Below the pieces are notes generated by a model. That model saw only the letters and a program-made list of their open reading frames with translations. It did not search any database and was not told where the DNA came from. This document shows positions 39,221 to 48,869 of a stretch of DNA of 57,750 bases, piece after piece. The stretch comes from Candidatus Bathyarchaeota archaeon (GTDB taxonomy: Archaea; Thermoproteota; Bathyarchaeia; TCS64), in contig JADGNG010000081.1 of assembly GCA_017883585.1 (NCBI GenBank), positions 1 through 57,750 on the forward strand. The letters are read 5' to 3'. The number at the start of each line of letters is the position of its first letter. Position 1 is the first letter of the stretch. The position numbers were made by a program, and so were the translations under genes.

Positions 39221-40024
39221 TTAATCTAGGTTGAATCCATACTTGTACCAAACAAAATTTTCTCCTTCTAAACCTAAATCAATACTGTTTTTATCTATAA
39301 CTGACTCTCTTGAGTACTTACTTATATCAATAATATTTCTCTCTGAGAGAGATAATATCTTAGCTAATAGATAAATTGGTATTTTTTTACTAAAACCCTT
39401 TTTTCTAATTAATCCTCGTAAGGTAATTCGATGTAATGCAAATAAGTCTTCAAGAATACGAATTCTTCTTTTTAATCTGTGAGGTATCTTACTTGTTTTA
39501 TCCTTTTTTGTAACCAAATGGATGTTACGGTTCGTTTCATAACCATACCATTTTGCACTTCCAGCTAAGGTGAGGCGAATCCAAAGGTCTAGATCTTCGC
39601 TCCAATTAAGATCATTCCAGCCTCCCACAGCCTCCAATACATTTCTCGGAAAAATAGAGTTGCCCGCTATTACAGCATATTCAGGTTTATTTCTCTCATG
39701 CCAAACAAACAGTTTTCTGAGCCCTTCATTATACAAGGCATCTAAATCAAACTGAATTAGATATTTTCCTGAACTGTTCAAGAAAGCTATTTGTCTTCCC
39801 TTTCCTCGGGTTGATTTTTTTGAAATAACTTTTAGATTCATAAAGAATGGTGCGAATTGTTCAATAGCCTCTCTTGTTCCATCTTTAGATTCGTTGTCGC
39901 AGATGATCAACTCCATATTTTTAGTGTCGAGCATGTGAATAATGCTCTCTAAGCATGGTTTAATTGTTTCAACGGTATTGTAAGAAGTTCCAATCAGCGA
40001 ATATTCAACAGACGTGGGAACCAA
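39221..40024 (-). CDS. Glycosyltransferase family 2 (AT-rich)
   Basis: SYN, DNESKDGT, DLD, GGW..SEDLDL motifs. Confidence 0.88.
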   Translation of the reverse strand: MVPTSVEYSLIGTSYNTVETIKPCLESIIHMLDTKNMELIICDNESKDGTREAIEQFAPFFMNLKVISKKSTRGKGRQIAFLNSSGKYLIQFDLDALYNEGLRKLFVWHERNKPEYAVIAGNSIFPRNVLEAVGGWNDLNWSEDLDLWIRLTLAGSAKWYGYETNRNIHLVTKKDKTSKIPHRLKRRIRILEDLFALHRITLRGLIRKKGFSKKIPIYLLAKILSLSERNIIDISKYSRESVIDKNSIDLGLEGENFVWYKYGFNLD

Positions 40025-40179
40025 CCATTATAACTCTATGCACTTTTTAAAATATTTTTGCGTTCATTATTTACTCATATAATATTTAGAAGATTCTTTA
40101 ATCATTTGGAATAATTTGATAAATCCTTTTGGAGACAAAATTTATTTAACTTTAGGAATGAAGGGGTATATGAAATAAT

Positions 40180-41214
40180 TTGAAAATATTACATGTGGGG
40201 AATACAGCGAACATCGCATATTATTTAAGTTATTATCTTACTAAAAACTTTAATGTCAAATCGGATATTCTTCAAACTAAGAATCCCAGAAATGAATTTG
40301 CATACAAAATGATTTATGGATATGAATCAGGTAATCCACTCAATCAAGAAATAAAATGGTATCATTCGGATTATTTTAAACGAATTAAAGATTTCAAGAT
40401 AATTAAAGATGAAAAATATGATATTCTTCATATACACACTGGTGGAAGTTTAATTAATACTATGTTATGTAAATTTTCAGGAAAAAAGACTATTATACAT
40501 TATCATGGCTCTGACTTAAGAGAAAACAACTATAAAAATAATATTGTCAAGTCATTAAATAAAATAATTAAATATGACTATACATTTATAAGTACACCTG
40601 ATTTAGCAAAATATATAAATGATGTAAATTTTATGTATCTTCCTAATCCATTAGATCCTAATTTATTAATTAATAACACAATTAATGAAGAAAAATATAT
40701 TTTTTTCCCAACAAGACATGACGAAAAAACAAAAAAAACCTCCATTGCATTTGAAGCATGGAATATTTTAAAAAAATATGACAAAGATATTACATTAAGA
40801 ACGATTAAATGGGGATCAAACTGGGAATATTTAAAAGAAATTAATAAAAATGAACCTAGAGTAATATGGATGGATCCCTTGAATAGAAGTGATTATATAA
40901 AAACTTTAATGAATGCCTCAATCATTTGGGGACAATTTGAACTAGGTATTATGTCATTAATTGAACTCGAAACTCTATATATAAATAAACCTCTAATAAC
41001 ATATATAAATAATGAATTATATAACGACTTAAGTGATTATAGTAACCTAAAAGCGAAAAGTACTAAGGAGATATTTGAAGAAACATTAAATATCATTAAG
41101 AATATTGATAGATATGATGGAAGATATTTAAATTATTGGGTTAATAAACATCATAATAGTAGAGAGATTTCAAAAAATATTTATGACGTTTATAAGAAAA
41201 TTGTTGAAAAATAG
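40180..41214 (+). CDS. Glycosyltransferase family 4-like (very AT-rich)
   Basis: MKILHVGN, YDILHIH, HYHGSDLR, G..SLIELE..KPLI. Confidence 0.85.
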   Translation: MKILHVGNTANIAYYLSYYLTKNFNVKSDILQTKNPRNEFAYKMIYGYESGNPLNQEIKWYHSDYFKRIKDFKIIKDEKYDILHIHTGGSLINTMLCKFSGKKTIIHYHGSDLRENNYKNNIVKSLNKIIKYDYTFISTPDLAKYINDVNFMYLPNPLDPNLLINNTINEEKYIFFPTRHDEKTKKTSIAFEAWNILKKYDKDITLRTIKWGSNWEYLKEINKNEPRVIWMDPLNRSDYIKTLMNASIIWGQFELGIMSLIELETLYINKPLITYINNELYNDLSDYSNLKAKSTKEIFEETLNIIKNIDRYDGRYLNYWVNKHHNSREISKNIYDVYKKIVEK

Positions 41215-41341
41215 GCATGTGTCATCTATAACTCCGAATGTAATTGTTCTAAAAGCGTAGATCCAGATAATTGATCTCCTAGCCATGTCCTTTCTTAAGT
41301 TCGATAGAATAAGGGGTAGCAGCGTTAAATGGTTTTACGAT

Positions 41342-42586
41342 TTAACCTAATATCGTCGATGGTTGTGCCCCTCTTGCTGCGAGGATGAGGCAGATGAGAG
41401 CACCAAAGCCAGCACCAACCATCGTATACCATACGAGATTGAATGAATAGGCATCGATCACCGCTCCGAGCAACGTTGACCATAATGAGCTTACACCGAA
41501 GCCGAAAGTGAAGAAGAGTCCGAGTAGTATGTCACGCTCGGCAGCGGATGCTGATCTGGCGAGGTGTGCTTGTAGGAGGCTGCTCATGCTGAAGGTGGTC
41601 ATTGAGAGGATGAAGAGGTGGGGAATGAGTAGCAGGTTGAAGTTGGTGTAGAAGGTGAGGAAAAAGATCATGGTGGTGGTAGTCACGAGGGAGAGCATTG
41701 CGATTCTCAGGTATCCTCTCTGATCTGCTATTTTCCCGAGGTAGATGGTCCCAAGCACACCGCCCACCGTAGCGAGGCTGCTGACGATGCCGGTAAATCC
41801 AACAGTGAGACCCAGCCCTTTAGTGGCGTCTCGCATGTAGACGGGAATCCATGTGGTCATCACTCCCATGCCGGTTCCGCCGGAGATGAATGCCTGAGCC
41901 ACGAGGATCGGGATCGCCCCCTTCACCTTAAGGGCCGACTTGATGTCATCGAGGAGCCTTCTATCCGACTGTTTTGCAACAGCCCTGTCTGCCGAGGCTT
42001 CGCCGCGTAGTCCCCAGAAGGCTATGATCCCAGCGACGACGAAGAGAAATGCGAGCAGATAGAATGCGGATCTCCACCCTGCGAGGACTGCTATTCCCGA
42101 GAGAAGAATAGGGCTTATGATATTTCCAACGTAGCCTAGGCCGTAGAACATTGAGAGGGCGCCGCCAACTCCCTTCCGCTCAAACTTGCTCCCGATTATC
42201 GAGCTACTCACCGGGTGAGTGCCGGCCTGACCTACTCCAGCCACGGCGTTGCCTGTTATCAATGCCTCGAAGCGCCCAGCTACCCCCGTCATGGCGCACC
42301 CAATCGATAGGAATAGGTTGGAGCCACTCAGGAGCATCCGCCGGGAGACCCAACGCCCTGCGACACTGTAGACCATCTGAAGGAATCCACCCAGAATGTT
42401 GGCTACGCCTACCATCAAGCCAATCTGCGTGTAGCTCAGACCGAGGTCCAGCTTGATGCTCTCGTAGAGGATCGGTGCACCCGAGAAGAGGTGTTGCGCG
42501 ACGTGGGAGATTGTGAGGGTTCCGAGGACGTGACGCTCAGACTTGCCAGTTGGTTGCTGTTCGCTGCTCAATTGGATCAACTGCAC
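41342..42586 (-). CDS. MFS transporter
   Basis: About 12 TM helices, GKIADQRG motif. Confidence 0.85.
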   Translation of the reverse strand: MQLIQLSSEQQPTGKSERHVLGTLTISHVAQHLFSGAPILYESIKLDLGLSYTQIGLMVGVANILGGFLQMVYSVAGRWVSRRMLLSGSNLFLSIGCAMTGVAGRFEALITGNAVAGVGQAGTHPVSSSIIGSKFERKGVGGALSMFYGLGYVGNIISPILLSGIAVLAGWRSAFYLLAFLFVVAGIIAFWGLRGEASADRAVAKQSDRRLLDDIKSALKVKGAIPILVAQAFISGGTGMGVMTTWIPVYMRDATKGLGLTVGFTGIVSSLATVGGVLGTIYLGKIADQRGYLRIAMLSLVTTTTMIFFLTFYTNFNLLLIPHLFILSMTTFSMSSLLQAHLARSASAAERDILLGLFFTFGFGVSSLWSTLLGAVIDAYSFNLVWYTMVGAGFGALICLILAARGAQPSTILG

Positions 42587-42712
42587 GGGTTGACTACCTC
42601 GCAGTCGAAGATGCGTTTAAGTTTACCCCGATCCTAAGCCGTATTCCCGCGACGACCATTAATTAGAAGGTGTTAAAGAGGGATTCGAACACTAATATTG
42701 TAGGGGAGAATA

Positions 42713-42937
42713 ATGAACACAGCATTTGTATTGATCAACGCGGAGATGGGGTCGGATCTCACCAAGGATTTGAAGGATATTCGTGAGGTCAAGGAGTTTT
42801 ATGGAGTCTATGGCGTGTATGACTACGTCGTGAGGCTAGAGGCCGAGACCATGGAGCAGCTAAAGGACGCCATCACGAACAAGATCAGGCGCATGAAGAA
42901 CGTCAGATCGACCCTGACGATGATGGTCATAGACTAA
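42713..42937 (+). CDS. Stand-alone Lrp/AsnC ligand-binding (RAM) domain protein
   Basis: AFVLINAE...VYGVYD...IRRMKNVRSTLTM. Confidence 0.88.
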   Translation: MNTAFVLINAEMGSDLTKDLKDIREVKEFYGVYGVYDYVVRLEAETMEQLKDAITNKIRRMKNVRSTLTMMVID

Positions 42938-43040
42938 GGCAGAGTTGATGAGGGATTCATTTCCCTCCTGTGTTCTTAAAAGTCCGCATCTTTAAAACGG
43001 GCTTTGCAGGATTATTGTTAGAAGTTGGCGGTTATCACCG

Positions 43041-44195
43041 ATGAAAGTCATGATCATGGGCATGGACGGCTACCTTGGGTGGCCTCTCGCCATGCACCTC
43101 AGCGCCAGGGGTCACAACGTCACAGGCATCGATAACTTCAGCAGGAGGAGAAACGTCGAGGAGCTCAAGTCTCATTCAGCGACGCCGATCAAGTCGATGT
43201 CAGATAGACTCAAGGCATACCAGAGGAAAACAGGGAAGAAGCTCGACTTCTATGAGGGGGACCTTACAAAGACAGACTTCACCGACAAAATCATCGCAGA
43301 GGAGAAACCTGACTGCATAGTCCACCTAGGCGAGATACCCAGCGCACCCTTCAGCATGATAGACGTCGAGCACTGCAACTACACCCAGACTAACAACATC
43401 GTGGGGACCAATAACATCCTATTCGCAATTAAGAAGCATGCCCCGAAGTGCCACCTTCTCAAGCTTGGCACAATGGGGGAGTACGGGACCCCGAACATCG
43501 ACATCCCAGAGGGCTTCTTCGAGATCGAGTACAGGGGAAGAAAGGACACACTACCCTTCCCCAGGCAGCCGGGGAGCTGGTACCACCTGAGCAAGGTCCA
43601 CGACAGCCACAACATCATGTTCGCCTGCAAGATCTGGGGACTCGCAAGCACCGACATCATGCAGGGCGTCGTCCACGGCATAGTCACCGATGAGATGACG
43701 AGCGACGACCTCCTCACCCGATTCGACTTCGACGAGGCATGGGGCACCGCTCTGAATAGGTTCTGCGCACAGGCGGTCATCGGCAACGAGCTCACCCCTT
43801 ACGGAAAGGGCGGACAGACACGCGGTTACATCGCCCTACGCGACAGCGTCCAGTGCATGACCCTCGCAGCGGAGAACCCGCCGAAGGACGGAGAGTACCG
43901 CGTCCTGAACCAGTTCGACGAGACATACTCCGTTAACGATCTCGCAAAGCACGTTGTGAAGGTCTCGGGGGAGTTTGGAATCGATGCGAAGATCTGGAGC
44001 ATTGAGAACCCTAGACTAGAGAAGGAGGAGCATTACTATCATCCCGACCGCGAGAAACTCCCTGCCCTCGGCTTCAAGCCGACGAACGACCTCGATGCCG
44101 AACTGAGGCTGACGATTCCAAAGCTGATGAAGTACAGGAGCAGGATTGAGGAGAAGAAAGAGGCGATCATGCCCAAGATTAAGTGGAGGGGCTAG
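43041..44195 (+). CDS. agl3: UDP-sulfoquinovose synthase
   Basis: GMDGYLGW, DNFSRR, KLGTMGEYGTP, YHLSKVHD, TALNRFCAQA, ENPRLEKEEHYY. Confidence 0.92.
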   Translation: MKVMIMGMDGYLGWPLAMHLSARGHNVTGIDNFSRRRNVEELKSHSATPIKSMSDRLKAYQRKTGKKLDFYEGDLTKTDFTDKIIAEEKPDCIVHLGEIPSAPFSMIDVEHCNYTQTNNIVGTNNILFAIKKHAPKCHLLKLGTMGEYGTPNIDIPEGFFEIEYRGRKDTLPFPRQPGSWYHLSKVHDSHNIMFACKIWGLASTDIMQGVVHGIVTDEMTSDDLLTRFDFDEAWGTALNRFCAQAVIGNELTPYGKGGQTRGYIALRDSVQCMTLAAENPPKDGEYRVLNQFDETYSVNDLAKHVVKVSGEFGIDAKIWSIENPRLEKEEHYYHPDREKLPALGFKPTNDLDAELRLTIPKLMKYRSRIEEKKEAIMPKIKWRG

Positions 44196-44286
44196 CCCCA
44201 TCTTTCACAACGCGTTACCCTTTGGCTAGCTGTTGAGCCTTCAGTGGATCGCCTTTTTACTTTAACTATATATCTAGTCCATCTAT

Positions 44287-44951
44287 ATGGACAGAGCCAT
44301 GGAGGGTGGAGTCGCAAGAGTCAGGCGTCTCCGCCTGGCTGGCATGGCCCTGATAGCCCTGTTAGTGTCCCTAAATGTTGCAGTTAACGTTGGGCTCACA
44401 TATGGATTCGATGTGGGATTGTTCAGGGCGGTGAACTCCTGGTCCACGTCATATCTAGTGGACGATGTGATGATCGTTTTCACTCTCTATGGGAGAGAAG
44501 TTATCTGGGGTGGAGTTATGATTGCTCTCTTCTTCCTCGGGGGAAGGCGGGGGAAAGAAGCCGCTATAACCATGGGCTTCGTGTTCCTTATCCTCATTAG
44601 CGTGGTGTCCGGGTGGAAAGCGCTTGAAATGAGACCCGTCCCTACAACGTCCTCGACGGGGTTCGCTTACTGATCGGGAAGAAATCAGACTACGCCTTTC
44701 TCTCTGGCCACACAACGATAGTGTCCGGAGGAGTCGTGATCGCATGGTTATACTTTAGGAAGCGTTATGCAATTATACTGACAGTCGAGGCCTCTCTCGT
44801 CGCGTTCTCCCGAATCTACACCGGGGTACATTTCCCAACTTATGTCGCCGGCGGAGCCCTGCTTGGCGCTGGATACGCAATCATAATCGGTTCGTACCCG
44901 AAACTCACCGAATGGATCTACAAGAAGCTCCCGGCTCGGCTAAAGGCTTGA
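44287..44951 (+). pseudogene. PAP2 family phosphatase, frameshifted
   Basis: Adding one C at 44635-44637 restores K-x6-RP and joins LSGH and SRIYTGVH; motifs are also degenerate. Confidence 0.8.
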
Positions 44952-44955
44952 CGCT

Positions 44956-45429
44956 TCACTGCCTGCTTAGGTAGATCAATATAGCGGAAGCAAGCGTCGT
45001 GAATATGTCGGGGAGGAAGTTGAACACGCTGAGTATGTTCACCTCCTGGAACCCATTCAACCATATGAGTATAGGGTTGCTCGTCACGGAGTAGAGCAGC
45101 AGCGTTGTTGAGAAAAGAAGGAGACAGAGGCTGAAGTTAGACTTCGTCTCCCGGTAGATGCCGACGTATATCGCGATTAGGTAGAGGAGGAGGCCCGTGT
45201 TAATGAGGGCGAGCACGGTGCGCCCCTTAATGTAGAAGACGAGTAGGTTACTGATCTCCTCGAGCTGTTGTGGGGTGAGGCGCTCGAGGAAGGGGCGGCC
45301 GGGGTTGCTGAAGACGGAGTTGAGCGTGTTCAATGGGCCGATTAATACAATTATGATCACGACTAGCAGACCCACTATCGTTATTGATGCCCACGGCGTC
45401 TTCTGCATCTTCTTCTCATTTTCTTCCAT
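44956..45429 (-). CDS. Membrane protein coupled to ArsR-like regulator
   Basis: Four TM helices; overlaps the regulator stop. Confidence 0.75.
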   Translation of the reverse strand: MEENEKKMQKTPWASITIVGLLVVIIIVLIGPLNTLNSVFSNPGRPFLERLTPQQLEEISNLLVFYIKGRTVLALINTGLLLYLIAIYVGIYRETKSNFSLCLLLFSTTLLLYSVTSNPILIWLNGFQEVNILSVFNFLPDIFTTLASAILIYLSRQ

Positions 45430-45739
45430 CGTTTTTCAACCTTTTCGCAATTTTATCCCAAATCTCTTCAAAATCTTCGAAGTTCATCTCGAGGTCCTGA
45501 CTGATGAAGTAGACCTTGCCGTAGTGCTCCCCCACGGCGACGATGAGATGGTTCTTCTCGAGCACGTCGAGGTGGTGGCGGACGGTCCGGTAATCTACGC
45601 CTAGAAGGTTGCAGAGCTGGTTGGCGTTGAGCGGTTCATCCTTTATGGCCTCGATTATCTTCCCCCTGTTGACTCCCCCGCGGGACCCCCCGATCAGCCA
45701 TAGTAGGAGCTGTTTAAAGGAGCGTCTTGAGAGGGCCAT
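45416..45739 (-). CDS. ArsR-like winged helix-turn-helix transcriptional regulator
   Basis: WLIGGSRGGVNR...PLNANQL...DYRTVRHHLDVL. Confidence 0.88.
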   Translation of the reverse strand: MALSRRSFKQLLLWLIGGSRGGVNRGKIIEAIKDEPLNANQLCNLLGVDYRTVRHHLDVLEKNHLIVAVGEHYGKVYFISQDLEMNFEDFEEIWDKIAKRLKNDGRK

Positions 45740-45801
45740 CGGCTGATCCCCGTCGGGTTAGAGTACAGTTTGCCGAACCCCCCTTTAAATGATGCATGCC
45801 C

Positions 45802-45839
45802 GGAAATCTGAGGAAATTATGGTATAATCCTGAAAAATC
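45802..45839. promoter_or_regulatory. Four 10-bp-phased degenerate G(G/A)AAAT repeats between divergent TATA boxes
   Basis: ggaaatc, ggaaatt, gtataatc, gaaaaatc at 45802, 45812, 45822, 45832. Confidence 0.4.
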
Positions 45840-45894
45840 GTTTATGAATAGCTACGCTATTTGAACAGTTGTAATAGTCTGAACACGGTGAAGT

Positions 45895-47238
45895 TTGATG
45901 ACTGAGGATAATCGTGAGGAGTCTCAGACGGGGACTTCTCCTGAGCAGCCAACCGAAACTACGGCACCCGATGCGACGCAGCCCGAGCCCAAGCCGGAGC
46001 CAGTTCCCGCACAAGAGACGAAGGTCGAACAACAGCCACACCGAAGGGGCAGCAATAACGCCCAACTCGGTGGAGTTGTGATCCTCCTCGTCCTGAGTGT
46101 TGGATTCTCTGGGTACATCTACTTCGACAGCAGCCGCAGAATAGGAGACCTCATCAACCAAGTATCTTCGTTGACATCGTCGGTTCAGGGTCTTAGCACG
46201 AGCCTCTCCAGCTCAAACTCGCAGATCACCCAGCTTAGCCAAGCTGTTAACTCACTCTCCCAGGGTGGTGGCGGTTCGACCAATGGAGGCACTAGCGATG
46301 TCTCGGCACTGTATAACGGCATGAAGGACAGCGTAGTTCTGATAAAATCAACCATTCCCCTTGGGACAGCGACTGGTAGCGGCTTCGTCTACGACACCGA
46401 GGGGAGGATCGTCACAAACAACCACGTGATTGACGGGGCGAACAGTATCACTGTCACCTTCATAAACGGGACCATCGTTCCCGCGTCGGTGGTTGGTGCT
46501 GACCCTTACTCCGACATAGCGGTGATCCAGGTCTCGGCTCCCGCAGCTCTCCTCAAGCCGCTGAGGCTGGGTGACTCTTCCGCACTGAAGGTTGGGCAGG
46601 AGGTGCTCGCCATAGGGAACCCGTATGGACTGGCGGATACGCTGACAACAGGGATCATCAGCGCTACTGGGCGTGAGATGGACTCCGCTAGCGGCTACCC
46701 AATCGTAGACGTGATCCAGACCGACGCGGCCATCAACCCCGGTAACAGCGGTGGCCCACTCCTCAACTTGAACGGGGAGGTGGTTGGGATCAACACCGCC
46801 ATTCCCTCACAGACATCTTCCGGAATAGGGTTTGCGGTCCCCAGCAACACGATTGCTAGGGAGATTGAGAGCCTCATCTCCACCGGGAAGTACGACCAGG
46901 TCTACATAGGCATTCAAGGTACAGATGTGACTCCCGGAATTATTATCGCGATGAATCTTCCAGCGGGGATCCATGGCACACTCCTGACGACGGTCTCAGG
47001 CCCAGCAGCGGCCGCCGGCCTTAGGGGAGGGACGAGTTACCAGATAGTCGACGGAGTCTACACGACGATCGGCGGAGACGTGATAACGAAGGCAGACGGT
47101 CAGGTAATGAAGGGCCTTTATGACCTCATCCTCTATATGCAGAGAAACAAGAGGCCAGGCGACGAGGTCGCCCTGACGATAATCAGGGGCAGCACCCAAA
47201 TGTTTGTGACCGTGACGCTCGGTGTAAGGACTGGCTAA
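45895..47238 (+). CDS. htrA: Membrane-anchored HtrA/DegP serine protease with PDZ domain (paralog 2)
   Basis: TNNHVI, GNSGGPL, GDVI; TM plus coiled coil. Confidence 0.92.
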   Translation: MMTEDNREESQTGTSPEQPTETTAPDATQPEPKPEPVPAQETKVEQQPHRRGSNNAQLGGVVILLVLSVGFSGYIYFDSSRRIGDLINQVSSLTSSVQGLSTSLSSSNSQITQLSQAVNSLSQGGGGSTNGGTSDVSALYNGMKDSVVLIKSTIPLGTATGSGFVYDTEGRIVTNNHVIDGANSITVTFINGTIVPASVVGADPYSDIAVIQVSAPAALLKPLRLGDSSALKVGQEVLAIGNPYGLADTLTTGIISATGREMDSASGYPIVDVIQTDAAINPGNSGGPLLNLNGEVVGINTAIPSQTSSGIGFAVPSNTIAREIESLISTGKYDQVYIGIQGTDVTPGIIIAMNLPAGIHGTLLTTVSGPAAAAGLRGGTSYQIVDGVYTTIGGDVITKADGQVMKGLYDLILYMQRNKRPGDEVALTIIRGSTQMFVTVTLGVRTG

Positions 47239-48599
47239 CCGCTTTTCTTCACGGGTAGACCGATACCCCTGAAACTGAACCCTTTCGATAGGCACTCTTC
47301 CGGATTGAAGACGTTTCTCCCGTCGACGATGATGGGTGTCCTCATCTTGGCCTTGAGTACGCCGGGCTTCAGCGCATGGTACTCCTTGTGACGGGTGACG
47401 ATTATTAGGCAGTCGCTGCCTTCGATGGCCCTATCGAGGTCGTTTGTGATGTGCATGTCCTCGAACTCCTTTACGTAGGGATCGTGGACTATGATCTCAG
47501 CGCAGTTGCCCAAGAGTGCCTTGTAGAGGGGTTCTGCGGGTGTGTTTCGAGTATCGTCGCTGTTCTCGAGGAAAGCGACTCCGAGGATGGTGATCCGGGC
47601 GTCGCTCAGCTTCATGCCCTTCTCCGCGAGTGCCTCCGCGGTTAACTGCTTCATATGTTGAGGCATCGAGTCGTTGAGGTATCTGCTCCCCGTGATTATC
47701 TCGGGGTCGAAACTGAAGGAGCCATACGTGTCTAGGCCGTACTTGAGTAGCCAACTGTCCTTGGGGAGGCAGTGACCTCCTACGCCAGCGCCGGGTACGT
47801 GCATATTACGATAGGGGTTCGCGGAGGGGTTGGAGAGGTCGTTGGGTAGGCTGTTTACGAATCCACGGACGTCGTGGACGTTGACCCCAAGGCTCTCGCA
47901 GATTAGCGCAATCTCGTTTGCGAAGGCTATATTCACATCGCGATAAGCGTTCTCTGTAACCTTCGCGACCTCAGCGGTGAGTGCGTCGGTGGGGTGGATC
48001 TTAGCCTTTACGATGTGTTTGTAGAGCTCGATGCCGCGGTGCGTGGACTCGGCATCGACTCCACCGACTATCCGGTCATACATAGTGAGGTTGTGAATCA
48101 GTCTACCAACCATGACACGCTCGTAGCTGAAGAGTAGGCTGAAGTCCTTGCCCGCTTTCATGCCGCTATGCTTCTCCAATATGGGCTTAGCGATGTAGTT
48201 CGTCGTCCCGGGGGCGACGGTGGACTCTAGGCAGATGAGCACCCCCTTTCGCATATTGTCGCCTATGTCGGCTAAGACTTGCTTTAGGGACTCGTACTGG
48301 GGGATGTGGTTCTCATCAACGGGGGTTTGAACGGCAATGATGATAGCGTCGGCGTCACGGTATTCGGCTACTTCATCCGTAACGTGGAAGGTGCCCTTGT
48401 CGTGAACACGCTTGATTAGCTCGGATAGCCCCGGCTCCTCGGCCTCTATCACGGTCTTACCCTGGTTGAGGGCGTCTATCTTCCACGCCGATCTAGCGGA
48501 TCGACGCTGCATACCGGTAACCTTGAAGCTGGGTACATCGGCGAAGAGCGCGGCCACGGGGGTCCCGACGTAGCCCATCCCGACTACGACGAGTTTCAT
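47235..48599 (-). CDS. Nucleotide-sugar dehydrogenase (UDP-ManNAc/GlcNAc 6-dehydrogenase, WecC/WbpA type)
   Basis: GMGYVG, ESTVAPGTT, ENAYRDVNIAFANE, GVGGHCLPKD; start ATG 48599. Confidence 0.92.
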   Translation of the reverse strand: MKLVVVGMGYVGTPVAALFADVPSFKVTGMQRRSARSAWKIDALNQGKTVIEAEEPGLSELIKRVHDKGTFHVTDEVAEYRDADAIIIAVQTPVDENHIPQYESLKQVLADIGDNMRKGVLICLESTVAPGTTNYIAKPILEKHSGMKAGKDFSLLFSYERVMVGRLIHNLTMYDRIVGGVDAESTHRGIELYKHIVKAKIHPTDALTAEVAKVTENAYRDVNIAFANEIALICESLGVNVHDVRGFVNSLPNDLSNPSANPYRNMHVPGAGVGGHCLPKDSWLLKYGLDTYGSFSFDPEIITGSRYLNDSMPQHMKQLTAEALAEKGMKLSDARITILGVAFLENSDDTRNTPAEPLYKALLGNCAEIIVHDPYVKEFEDMHITNDLDRAIEGSDCLIIVTRHKEYHALKPGVLKAKMRTPIIVDGRNVFNPEECLSKGFSFRGIGLPVKKSG

Positions 48600-48869
48600 A
48601 TGTTGGCTTACATTGGCTGGTGGATAAATCGTTTTGTACTCTTGTCGATGGTTTCTGAAGGATTCTATTTCTTGGCGAGGATTGCAAGGACGGCCGCGCG
48701 CGCTGCGTGACCAGACGGGACTGTTCTCACATTTGATAATTAGGGGTTTACTAGCCATCTTACCCAACTAGTCCTTGAACGGGGGCAACTTCGTTGCGCA
48801 CATGATGGTTAGCATACTTGAAAAATGGCGATTTTCAGTATATACAGATCCAGTATTTTTGGCTAGAAG

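Noticed and set aside
48600-48767. N-terminal extension of the nucleotide-sugar dehydrogenase (likewise the extensions at 24653-24733, 32374-32490, 51044-51184)
   Set aside because: Family homology starts at downstream ATGs; the extensions cover promoter regions or overlap other genes
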